IMG/VR virus record: IMGVR_UViG_3300044855_000055
Source of the DNA: a virus
Length of the DNA: 41,381 nucleotides
Reading direction: 5' to 3' (one strand)
Shown: in pieces, positions 32,003-40,112 of the stretch
Position numbering within the stretch: position 1 is the first letter of the stretch
Layout: the number at the start of each line of letters is the position of its first letter
Position numbers and translations under genes: made by a program
Notes under the pieces: generated by a model
Told to the model about the DNA's origin: nothing
Database searches by the model: none
The model's input: the letters and a program-made list of their open reading frames with translations, nothing else

Positions 32003-32913
32003 GCGTGCACCTCGTTTTCCATGGCGACGATCGCCCGGCCGATTACTTCGGCGACCTGGGGCACAACGGCGTTTCCGAGGCATCGCAGTCGGTCCACCCG
32101 ATTGGGAACCCCATGAGCCACTCGACCCACGTCGGGTTCAGTCGCCCACTGTTCTCGACATTCGTCCGTCCTCGCCCGCCGTCCCCAAGCACTGCATCCG
32201 TCAGCGATATGCCTGGATGGGCTTTGCTCCTCGCCGTGTTGCGTGATCCGCTTCCGCTGGCGTCGCCGGCCGTTGGCGTCGGCCACATTCGCACCGCAAT
32301 CCCCAGCGACGGCCCCGGCTTGCCCTTGGTCTTGCCGTCCTTGTGGTCCTGCACTCGAGCCAGATACACGCTCACCGGCTCGTCGTGATTGCCCCGCAGT
32401 GCATGGAACACTGTCGGCGTAGGCCACAAGCCAGACTCGCTCCCGGCGGTGCGGGGCACCAACTGCGGCAGCGGAGATAACGTGCCACTCGCATACGTAC
32501 CCGACCGAGGCAAACGCCCGCAGGATTCCGTGGAACGTGCGGCCTCCGTCATGGTTGAGAAGGCCGATGGGATTCTCAGCCACAAAGAACCTTGGGCAGA
32601 GATCCGCAACAACTCGGAGGGCTTCGCCCCACATCCATCGCTCATCGGCCGCGCCTTTCTGCTTGCCTGCGTGGCTGACCGGCTGACACGGCACGCCCGC
32701 ACAGATCAGGTCAACTTGCCAATCAGCCAGATCCCCCACCGGGAACGTCCGAACGTCGCCCCAGCGGGTGACGCCAGGCCAGTGCTTCGCCAGCACGCTG
32801 CTGGCATAGGCGTCGATCTCGACCTGCCAGCGGCATTCCATGCCCGCCCGCTCCAGGCCCAAGTCAAAGCCGCCAATCCCGGCGAAGAGTGATCCGAACG
32901 TCATCGGTCGCAT
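31999..32913 (-). CDS. DNA (cytosine-5) methyltransferase; the central region appears frame-disrupted
   Basis: Frame A carries FAGIGG (I), GVPCQPVS (IV), ENP (VI), GAPHRRERVW (VIII) and LGNAVVPQVAE (X). The middle ~130 codons are Arg/Gly/Gln-rich. The +1 frame (ORF 32043..32702) carries WPTPT x2 and NPTWVEWLMGFPIGWTD. Confidence 0.7.
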   Translation of the reverse strand: MRPMTFGSLFAGIGGFDLGLERAGMECRWQVEIDAYASSVLAKHWPGVTRWGDVRTFPVGDLADWQVDLICAGVPCQPVSHAGKQKGAADERWMWGEALRVVADLCPRFFVAENPIGLLNHDGGRTFHGILRAFASVGYVCEWHVISAAAVGAPHRRERVWLVAYADSVPCTAGQSRRAGERVSGSSAGPQGRQDQGQAGAVAGDCGANVADANGRRRQRKRITQHGEEQSPSRHIADGCSAWGRRARTDECREQWATEPDVGRVAHGVPNRVDRLRCLGNAVVPQVAEVIGRAIVAMENEVHA

Positions 32914-32934
32914 CCTTGCAATGTGGTCTGTGAG

Positions 32935-33159
32935 TCAAGCGATCCGGCCGTCGTCGTCGCACTGAACGCCAGCCTTGCGGGCCAGCTCGATGGCGTCGTC
33001 GTCCGTGACGTGAAAGCGACGGCCGGAGCCGAGTTGGCCGTAGACATCCGACACGACGTAGTGCTGGCCGTCCGCGAACTGGATGCACCAAGCCTTCTTG
33101 ATGCCGACAGTAGCCGCCAGCCGCTTGGCGTTTGTCAGGTTGTCGCAGGTGGCGTTCAT
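32935..33159 (-). CDS. Hypothetical protein (74 aa)
   Basis: Start at MNATCDN (33159) with GGGAGA upstream. Confidence 0.5.
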   Translation of the reverse strand: MNATCDNLTNAKRLAATVGIKKAWCIQFADGQHYVVSDVYGQLGSGRRFHVTDDDAIELARKAGVQCDDDGRIA

Positions 33160-33283
33160 CGTTCGTCTCCCGGTTGGCGTTGCGTCAGGTCTCAATTGCC
33201 TGACGAACGGGATAGTAGCAATATCGCAACTACCGTCAAGAGCACTTGAGAGGATTTTTTTGGAACCCCGTTTCGCTCGGGGA

Positions 33284-33607
33284 TTAGCGGGATTTCCGCT
33301 TCTTGGTCGGACGTGTGGTCGCCCGCTTCCGCTTCCCTGCCCGGCTGGTCAGGGTGCCCTTGAGGGCTTCCGCCGACGCACGGCTCACGGTCCAAGCCCG
33401 GCCGTTGACCAGCCATCCATCGAGCGGGCAGCCGCGAGTTCTGTCCGACGAGGGCTTGCCCTTCGCGTCTCGCGGCAGGTGTTTCAGCAGCAGACGCCGG
33501 ATGAACTGCTCTGAGCAGTCGGCGATCTCGGCGGCTTTGGCTACCGAAACCCAGTCATCGTGAACAGCCATGGCAATCATGTCCCAATCGTAGTGGCGTA
33601 GTCGCAA
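33284..33607 (-). CDS. HTH protein, excisionase-like (start uncertain: 33607, 33580 or 33571)
   Basis: HTH-like segment WVSVAKAAEIADCSEQFIRRLL and a basic C-terminal tail. It is divergent from the integrase. Confidence 0.55.
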   Translation of the reverse strand: MRLRHYDWDMIAMAVHDDWVSVAKAAEIADCSEQFIRRLLLKHLPRDAKGKPSSDRTRGCPLDGWLVNGRAWTVSRASAEALKGTLTSRAGKRKRATTRPTKKRKSR

Positions 33608-33742
33608 CAGTCAACCAATCCCACCTTCAATCCTCCCAACTTGCCCCGGCCAGCCGACCCTCCGTAGGATCGACTGACGGGGAAGTTTCAACGGAGAGGG
33701 CTCCGTTAAACATCTGTACACTACGGGGGAAGGAGGTGCCCG

Positions 33743-34651
33743 ATGACGATGCGAGAGTTGCTGGAGCGGTACGGACTGCTCATGAATCTGTCCGATCGGT
33801 CGATGACGCTCTATTCGCACACGATCGACAAATTGGCTGAGTTCCTCGGCCGAGAGCCGCTGATCACGGATCTGGAGGACGTGCAGGTCTCAAAGTTCCT
33901 GCGGTGGCGGGCGACAAACCCCTGCCGGGGGCGCGTGGTCAGCCCGCACACCGTGGCCAAGGACCGCTCACAACTGCTGGCGATCTGGACATGGGCGTGC
34001 AAGAAGAAACTGCACTCCGGCGAGTGGCCGGGACTGCCACGCCAGAAGCGGGTGCGGAGGACGCCGACCGCCTACACGCTGGACGAGATGAGCCGCCTGG
34101 TCCGAGCCGCCAAAGCCCGCCGAGGGGCAATGTCTGGCGTGCCTTCCGCCTGGTGGTGGAGCACGCTTCTCCAGTCCGCATGGCAGACAGGCGAGCGGAT
34201 TGGAGCCCTGTTGGATCTGCGGTGGCGCGAGGTGGACACGTCGCAGGGACGACTCGTATTCCTCGCCGAGACCCGCAAGGGGAAGGAGCGTGACCTTGTT
34301 GCCCCGATCACCGCTGCCCTGGCCGCTGAACTGGAAACCCGGCGAGGCTCGCCAGACGCCCTAGTGTGGCCCAGGACGGGCCATCCGCTGTCGCACTACG
34401 CCAGCATGCGTCTGCTCTGCCAGACGGCAGGCGTGCCCTCCAGGGCGTTCCATGCGATTCGCAAGGCGTCGGCCTCCTACGTCGCCGCTGCCGGCGGGGA
34501 CGCCACGGCACACCTCGGCCACGCAGATCCGGCGATGACCCGTGGACACTACCTTGATCCGCGGATCACGGAGACGCACAGGGGGCTCGACTTCCTGCCG
34601 CCGCTGGACCTCGAAGGCCCGCCGAAGGACGGGGGTAGGCCGGCAGCGTAA
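33743..34651 (+). CDS. int: Tyrosine recombinase / phage integrase
   Basis: GGAGG RBS. Catalytic pattern: R (TGERIGALLDLRW), HAIRKASAS (HxxR), HLGH and RGHYLD (Y). It is the only plus-strand gene. Confidence 0.85.
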   Translation: MTMRELLERYGLLMNLSDRSMTLYSHTIDKLAEFLGREPLITDLEDVQVSKFLRWRATNPCRGRVVSPHTVAKDRSQLLAIWTWACKKKLHSGEWPGLPRQKRVRRTPTAYTLDEMSRLVRAAKARRGAMSGVPSAWWWSTLLQSAWQTGERIGALLDLRWREVDTSQGRLVFLAETRKGKERDLVAPITAALAAELETRRGSPDALVWPRTGHPLSHYASMRLLCQTAGVPSRAFHAIRKASASYVAAAGGDATAHLGHADPAMTRGHYLDPRITETHRGLDFLPPLDLEGPPKDGGRPAA

Positions 34652-34715
34652 CCGAGCAAGCGGGGAGGCAACGCCGTGGAGGAGGACACGTCGTCGCACT
34701 CAACCCGCCGCCCGG

Positions 34716-34910
34716 TCAGTCTCCGCGAATCTTGCACAGGCAGGGCCGCTCGACCTGTTGGGCAGATGCCACCTGCAGCCGGCGAACCTCGGCCAGCAGC
34801 CGCATGACGTGGGCCGCGAGCGTGCCCGAGGTGCCCGTGTACGCACCCGAGAACCGGCGGGCGTCCTGCTCGCACTGGGCTAGGTAGGCGTCGGAGAGCG
34901 GCTCAGGCAC
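34716..34910 (-). CDS. Small hypothetical protein (64 aa), putative
   Basis: GTG at 34910 overlaps the stop of the upstream gene (GTGCCTGA). It is convergent with int. Confidence 0.35.
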   Translation of the reverse strand: MPEPLSDAYLAQCEQDARRFSGAYTGTSGTLAAHVMRLLAEVRRLQVASAQQVERPCLCKIRGD

Positions 34911-35424
34911 GTCGGCACTCCTGGTGGCAGGCCGCGTACCCGGCGATATCGATTGCAGCGTCGTCGGTGGCCGCTGGCCCCATCTGGCGGGCAATCTTGT
35001 CCAAGACCATGACGAGAGCCCAGTCGGCAGCGGTGAACGCCGTCCCGAACGCGGCGTTGACGAGCGACGCCGTGCGTCCAAAATGTTCGACCGGCGGCCC
35101 GTACTTCGTGTGCCGGTCGCGGATCGTGGCGATGGCGTCCCGCAGCGTCTGCTCTGCTGGCGTGACGGGGCGGAATCCCGGTTCCCACTCGGCGTAGGTG
35201 TCGCTCAGGACCGAGTCGCCGCGCAGTGCGTAGGACTCGCGGGCGGCCTCGATGTGCTTCGCTGCGGCATTTTGCGATTCCTCGGTACTTGCGGCGATGT
35301 GCCGAGGTTCCGTCAACGGCTGGTATCCCGCCATCTTGTGGTCATCCTTTGGCGTGGCGTCGAGCCGCTCGCGGACGGCTGCCCGTAGTGCGGCGTTGGA
35401 TTCGTCGAGTGTCGTGGTCGTCAT
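34903..35424 (-). CDS. DUF6378-like protein
   Basis: ATG at 35424 with GAGGGA upstream. Pattern (family recalled from memory): KYGPPVEHFGRTASLVNAAFG...TAADWALVMVLDKIAR......DDAAIDIAGYAAC. Confidence 0.5.
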   Translation of the reverse strand: MTTTTLDESNAALRAAVRERLDATPKDDHKMAGYQPLTEPRHIAASTEESQNAAAKHIEAARESYALRGDSVLSDTYAEWEPGFRPVTPAEQTLRDAIATIRDRHTKYGPPVEHFGRTASLVNAAFGTAFTAADWALVMVLDKIARQMGPAATDDAAIDIAGYAACHQECRRA

Positions 35425-35464
35425 GCTTGGTCCCTCGGGGTGAGTCCGCAGCCTATGCCCGAGG

Positions 35465-36466
35465 TCAAGCCGACCGCACCGTGCCGTCACCCATCACCCG
35501 GTAGTTGTGCACGTCGAACTGCCCGCCCTTGTGAACGGTCGCCACGGCAAATCCGTGGTTCCAGCGATTGATGACAGAAAATTCGGGCCGCAGGTCGCAC
35601 AGGCATCCAGTGCTCCAGCACGCCGTTTCCTTGTGCCACATGTCGCTCTCGGCGTGGTTGCTCGTCCGGTGGGAATGTCCAACCAGGCACGTCGAAAGCG
35701 TCCGCATCCACGCACCGCGGGCGACGTTGACCGGAGCCGCCATCCCCTTCGGCAGTTCGTGCCCGTGCAGCACGGGGAGCTTCCCCAGCATCACCGGCCG
35801 CTGGTCCTCGACGAGTTCGATGTCGAGTTTGGCTAGGTCGAGCCACGCCGTCAGGCTCATGCGTCGGTCGTCGCTGATCTCGGATGCGTGCTGCCAGAGC
35901 CAGTGCTGCCACCGCTCCTCATGGTTGCCGGCCTTGTAAGCGATCGGGATGTCGGGGAACTCCTGCCGCAGCCAGCCGAGAAACCCGCGGGCGGCCTCCA
36001 ACTCGCCCTTGAAGTCACGCTTCGCCGGGTCTTTCATGTACCGGCTGATCGCGTAGAAGTCCGCTATGTCGCCGTTCAAAAGTAGCCCAGACAAGCCCTG
36101 CTCTTTCAGGTGGCCGACAGCGGCAGCCACGGCGACCTCAGAATGATACGGCACATGCACGTCGGACAAGATGCCGATTGGGCCGGTGACCTTCAGGACG
36201 TACGGCGTCCACGGCTGAGCCATCGACTTCGGCATGGCGAGGATCTCGCCGGCTTCTCGCGGGGGACGCGGGGCCGTAGGCTTCTGCGTCTTGCGGTTCT
36301 TCGCGCCGTGCGTGCCGAACTGGCGCTGCATCCGCATGCGTGCCTGGTGCAGCGTGATCGCCCCGTTACTTTCGCGGACGAGTCGCCTTGCGAGCGTTTG
36401 CGCGGGGGCTTCGGGATGGAGTTTTGCGAGCCGCTCCGCTTTTCTGGTTATCGCGTCCCCGCTCAT
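35465..36466 (-). CDS. Metallophosphoesterase (calcineurin-like) with N-terminal extension
   Basis: Motifs SDVHVPYH, NGDIAD, GNHEERW, HGHE and GHSH. AAGGAGG RBS. Confidence 0.8.
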   Translation of the reverse strand: MSGDAITRKAERLAKLHPEAPAQTLARRLVRESNGAITLHQARMRMQRQFGTHGAKNRKTQKPTAPRPPREAGEILAMPKSMAQPWTPYVLKVTGPIGILSDVHVPYHSEVAVAAAVGHLKEQGLSGLLLNGDIADFYAISRYMKDPAKRDFKGELEAARGFLGWLRQEFPDIPIAYKAGNHEERWQHWLWQHASEISDDRRMSLTAWLDLAKLDIELVEDQRPVMLGKLPVLHGHELPKGMAAPVNVARGAWMRTLSTCLVGHSHRTSNHAESDMWHKETACWSTGCLCDLRPEFSVINRWNHGFAVATVHKGGQFDVHNYRVMGDGTVRSA

Positions 36467-36582
36467 CTGCCGCCTCCTTGCGATGTAACACTATATTGCC
36501 GTCGTCATCCGGCATCGGGTTGGCACCCTCTGTCTCGTCCTCGTAGTCCACGTCGTCGAGGCCGGTCCACCCGCGATGATCC

Positions 36583-36987
36583 TTACCCTTGGCCACGATG
36601 CAACCTCCTCGCGTTGCTGATCGCCCTCTTGACCAGCACCGTACCCGCCGCGTCAATGAACGGCAGCCGCCTATTGGTGGCCTCCTCGCGGAGCCAGCCG
36701 ACGATCGTGGCGACGTTGGCGTCGCACCAGTCACAGCCGCGGATGTCCATCTCGATTGCTCTTGCGAGGCATTTGCACCCGGCCTTTGGAGTGATGCCGA
36801 TTCGGGATAGGAGTTTTTTCAACTCTGTGCCCGGTCCTTCGTTCGGTGGGGGCGGGGCATGTTCGACCACTCGAAGTTGGAGCAGGCCGCTGCCGGGGCT
36901 TTCGCCCAACAGTTTGGCAATCGCCGCCGCGAGCGTGGCCGGGTCCACGCGCCCCGAGTACGGGATTACCATGCTGCGGGTATTCAT
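36583..36987 (-). CDS. Hypothetical protein with CxC...CDWC motif
   Basis: The ATG at 36987 overlaps the upstream stop (ATGA). It contains GCKCLARAIEMDIRGCDWCDANV..IVGWLREEA. Confidence 0.5.
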   Translation of the reverse strand: MNTRSMVIPYSGRVDPATLAAAIAKLLGESPGSGLLQLRVVEHAPPPPNEGPGTELKKLLSRIGITPKAGCKCLARAIEMDIRGCDWCDANVATIVGWLREEATNRRLPFIDAAGTVLVKRAISNARRLHRGQG

Positions 36988-38159
36988 GAGCAGCACTCCG
37001 GCGGATCACACGCCCTAGTACACACAGACTCCAGGCAGTCTCGCGTGCCGTCGATCGCGTGCCGCACCAGCTTCCACTGGTCCCCGACGCACCGGCTGCT
37101 AGCCGTACCGCCCAGACAGTTACTCTCGGTTAGGTCGTCGATGCAGTCCTGCTCGCTCGCGTAGCCGTAGCCGTCGATAACCACCGGGTCCGACTCTGCG
37201 TTCAGCGGCGACGAGACTACGGAGACGAGCGTGCCACACGGGCAGACGGCGAGCACCACGGTGAACGTGGTCACGTCCGGTGACGCCGGCGAGTTCGGCG
37301 AACACTGGTTTGTCCGCGTGACCGTGATGGTGACGAGTTTGCAGTTCTGCGGGGGGCATAGTTGCAGAACGTCGGTGGATGAATTGCAAAAGTCTGTGAA
37401 CGAGTCTTCTACTGACACGGTCTTGTCGTAGAACACCTTGTAGTCCGCGGCTGGATCGCAGTCTGTCTCCAGCTCAGCCGGGTCGTCGCAAGAGGCGCAG
37501 TCGTCGGCCTCGACCCACCCCTCGGCCGGCAGGTCGTCCTGCGTGCCACGCTCTAGAAGGGCGTCTACGATCCAGTCGCCGGTGCCTGGGGTGGCGAGGA
37601 CGAGTTTGCGAATGTCGGGGATCGCCCCCGGCGAGCCGGAAAACTCCTGCACGTACCAGTAGCGAGTGGCGCCAGGCAAGCACCAATCCGGTGCCGGCGG
37701 CGCGCCGTCTGGACACTGCTCCTCCAGCACTGCCGCCGTGGCTATCACGCCGTTGATGTACGGCACGCTCCAGCCGAACCATGTGGAGCCATTAAAAAAG
37801 ATGTCATCGCGGCATTCGTTAGCCTCCCAAGACGCCTGAAACAAATCGCGAATTTGCTGCTCAGTCCACCCAGGAAAGTTGATTAAAGCCTGCGCCACCT
37901 TTGCATCAACGCACGCCTCTTGTGATTCATACAGCCGGCTGATACAGCCAGGCAGCAGGTCAAGCAGGTCGTCATAGAGACTCAGGGAATACTCGCTAGG
38001 CGAAAGCTCCCGGGCGTCAAATGCCCAGTCCCACGGAGCGCACGAACAGCAATCGTCGCACGTCGGGCAGGTGCATGGGGTGCCGCAGCAGCTGCACGAC
38101 GTGCCTAGTCCGCCAGACTTCATCACCAGCCCGCCGTCTTTGTGTGCAAGGTTCGTCAT
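36984..38159 (-). CDS. Cysteine-rich tail-tip / receptor-binding candidate (31 Cys in 391 aa)
   Basis: The N-terminal cluster SCSCCGTPCTCPTCDDCCSC has 9 Cys in 20 residues. The C-terminus is ...CLESVCTRACDPPECCS. It is the last large gene of the tail module. Confidence 0.55.
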   Translation of the reverse strand: MTNLAHKDGGLVMKSGGLGTSCSCCGTPCTCPTCDDCCSCAPWDWAFDARELSPSEYSLSLYDDLLDLLPGCISRLYESQEACVDAKVAQALINFPGWTEQQIRDLFQASWEANECRDDIFFNGSTWFGWSVPYINGVIATAAVLEEQCPDGAPPAPDWCLPGATRYWYVQEFSGSPGAIPDIRKLVLATPGTGDWIVDALLERGTQDDLPAEGWVEADDCASCDDPAELETDCDPAADYKVFYDKTVSVEDSFTDFCNSSTDVLQLCPPQNCKLVTITVTRTNQCSPNSPASPDVTTFTVVLAVCPCGTLVSVVSSPLNAESDPVVIDGYGYASEQDCIDDLTESNCLGGTASSRCVGDQWKLVRHAIDGTRDCLESVCTRACDPPECCS

Positions 38160-38743
38160 GAGCAGGTCGTAATGGTGATGTTCTGAGTGCTGGTACTAAG
38201 CGACCCGTTGACGCTCAGCGTGATAAAGGAGAACAGCAGGCCCGCCGTTGACAGCGTCACGCCGTTGATGACCGACGCACTGGTGCCGATGAACTGCGGG
38301 CACCCGTCAGTCGTGAACGAGAGCACCTGCCGGTGAGCCGTGGTCGTGGAGTAGCCGCTGACGTACGGGATGTACTTGTCGCCGAGGAACGAGCAGTGCG
38401 TATGCCGCTGGGCAGCCACCGCGATCCAGCCGTTGCCGTTGTGGCCAAACGCCACGTAGGGGTTCGTCACCGCCGTGTGCGTGGACAACTGGAGGAACTG
38501 GTTCCAGCCCACCATCGTGATCGCAGAGACGACGGACCCGAAGTCGCCGCGGAACATCGTCACCGTGGCCGTACTGTCGTAGGTGAACGCCGTGCTAGCC
38601 TTGGCTACGGTCAACCGCACGCCGATGCCGCCGCGCTCATGGGACGGGCCAGACAGCGGCTCTTTGCCGACGTGCTTCTCGGTGAGCCTTACGCTCTTGC
38701 CGATACGCTTGGCGTCCTCTTCGGAAAACCCGTAGGTCGCCAT
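38156..38743 (-). CDS. Hypothetical tail-tip protein
   Basis: 195-aa ORF coupled within the tail module. Confidence 0.55.
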   Translation of the reverse strand: MATYGFSEEDAKRIGKSVRLTEKHVGKEPLSGPSHERGGIGVRLTVAKASTAFTYDSTATVTMFRGDFGSVVSAITMVGWNQFLQLSTHTAVTNPYVAFGHNGNGWIAVAAQRHTHCSFLGDKYIPYVSGYSTTTAHRQVLSFTTDGCPQFIGTSASVINGVTLSTAGLLFSFITLSVNGSLSTSTQNITITTCS

Positions 38744-38746
38744 GCC

Positions 38747-39142
38747 TCACTCCGACAGGACGAGGTATTGCAGCCGGGCTGCCGAGGTGTACTGCGTGCT
38801 CGTCACCGCCCGCACGCCGATGGTAATGGTTGGCACAAGCGGCAGGACGGCGGCCATTCCACGCTGGAGCTTCACCACCTCTTGATTGTTCGTTCCGTCG
38901 TACGAACCAACGAAGATGGCGTGCGTGCCGCTCGTCAGAGTCGAGAGGTTGCGGAACGCCGCGTAGCCGGCCGCAGTCACGTTACCCAGAGACAGCGTCT
39001 GCACGGCAGTGCCGACCGTCACGACTGCGCCCGCGCCGGCCTGAGTCGTCTGGTCAACGCTCACGCCCGAGGAGGAAAACCGCTCGCTATAGTTGCCGTT
39101 CGACACGCTCAGGACGAGCGATGCCTTGATTTCGTCTGACAT
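38747..39142 (-). CDS. Hypothetical tail-tip protein
   Basis: 131-aa ORF. Its start shares 1 nt with the upstream stop. Confidence 0.55.
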   Translation of the reverse strand: MSDEIKASLVLSVSNGNYSERFSSSGVSVDQTTQAGAGAVVTVGTAVQTLSLGNVTAAGYAAFRNLSTLTSGTHAIFVGSYDGTNNQEVVKLQRGMAAVLPLVPTITIGVRAVTSTQYTSAARLQYLVLSE

Positions 39143-40110
39143 TAGATGCCTCCAAACTCAAAGATGTCTGCCATTTCCACTTCTTTGTACGGGTAGGCTG
39201 TGAGCTCAACTATGAAAGGGTTTCTCACGCCAGGCCCATAGGCCGTCGCATCAGCAATCCGCACCGCTTTGCCGAATCCATCAAGCGGCACGGGCTTGCT
39301 GACTGGGTTTCCGGCCACGTCCACGATCGCACGTCGCTCGCCGTCGACCTTTTCGTTTAGCCCCATGTCGTAATACACGACGACATGCTGTTTAGGGTCG
39401 TACAGCCATTCGACGCTGATCGTCCACAGCTGCCGCTTGTCGTCGTAGTCGGCATTGAACCCCTGGCAGAGAAGCGTGCGACGAGTGCAGCCGAGGAACT
39501 CTTGAAGGTTGGTCTTGTTCGTGAACGACAACAGCCACGCGAAGTTTGGGTCGCGAACCTGGCTGTTCGTGTAGGTCAGTTTTACGAGGCAGCGAGTTTC
39601 GGTCAGGCCGTCCATCGGATCGCCGGCAGTGTTGCGCGGCGGAAGGCCAGGACCTCCAAAGGCGGGCCCGCCGCCCATCATCCCATCGTCGCCCTGGTTT
39701 GTGAGAGGAACTTGCTGCTGCTCGGTGGTTACCGTGATCTTCTTCCACGTCTCGGCGTCCGTGCCTTCGGGCTTTTGCTCGTCTGGGTCTTGCGGGTCTT
39801 CGCGCTTGTTGTCGTACTCAATCGTGATCTTGGCGGCCCGCTCTTGCTCGTCCCCCCTGAAGTAGGCGAACTTGCGAGAGGTGACGTAAAACGGAATGCC
39901 GCCGATGGACTCTAGCGAGTTGAGTAGCGGAATCGGCCGGTTGCCGAGGCCAGCCCACACTGTCTGGTCCTCGACGAGCACGTTGAAGTCCACCTCGCCG
40001 TCGAACCTGGCAAGGAACTCCACTGAGCCCTTCATATCAACGGAGCCCTTGGACCCCTTGGACTCGGAGTATTCAAACGATCGCAGTTGGTGGACGGATA
40101 CGATTGCCAT
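39142..40110 (-). CDS. Minor tail protein (distal tail protein candidate)
   Basis: 322 aa, directly downstream of the tape measure. It has a central Gly/Pro-rich linker. Confidence 0.55.
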   Translation of the reverse strand: MAIVSVHQLRSFEYSESKGSKGSVDMKGSVEFLARFDGEVDFNVLVEDQTVWAGLGNRPIPLLNSLESIGGIPFYVTSRKFAYFRGDEQERAAKITIEYDNKREDPQDPDEQKPEGTDAETWKKITVTTEQQQVPLTNQGDDGMMGGGPAFGGPGLPPRNTAGDPMDGLTETRCLVKLTYTNSQVRDPNFAWLLSFTNKTNLQEFLGCTRRTLLCQGFNADYDDKRQLWTISVEWLYDPKQHVVVYYDMGLNEKVDGERRAIVDVAGNPVSKPVPLDGFGKAVRIADATAYGPGVRNPFIVELTAYPYKEVEMADIFEFGGI

Positions 40111-40112
40111 CG

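Noticed and set aside
32075-32160. Frame-A peptide EPDVGRVAHGVPNRVDRL, which also resembles C-termini seen in annotated C5 methylases
   Set aside because: Third-position GC over this stretch is only about half in frame A against 17/18 in the +1 frame, which encodes NPTWVEWLMGFPIGWTD. I treat the frame-A reading here as the likely shadow, and I report the ambiguity as a finding.
33245-33272. Hairpin CCCCG-N7-CGGGG next to a T7 run, considered as a terminator after the excisionase-like gene
   Set aside because: On the transcribed (minus) strand the hairpin is followed by UUCC and an A-run, not a U-tract. No plus-strand gene ends here. It is not a canonical intrinsic terminator.
36467-36582. 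Possible small acidic ORF (GTG...DDVDYEDETEGANPMPDDDG...) between the 134-aa gene and the phosphoesterase
   Set aside because: It has no stop before running into the phosphoesterase gene in another frame, and it has no RBS. It is treated as an intergenic spacer.
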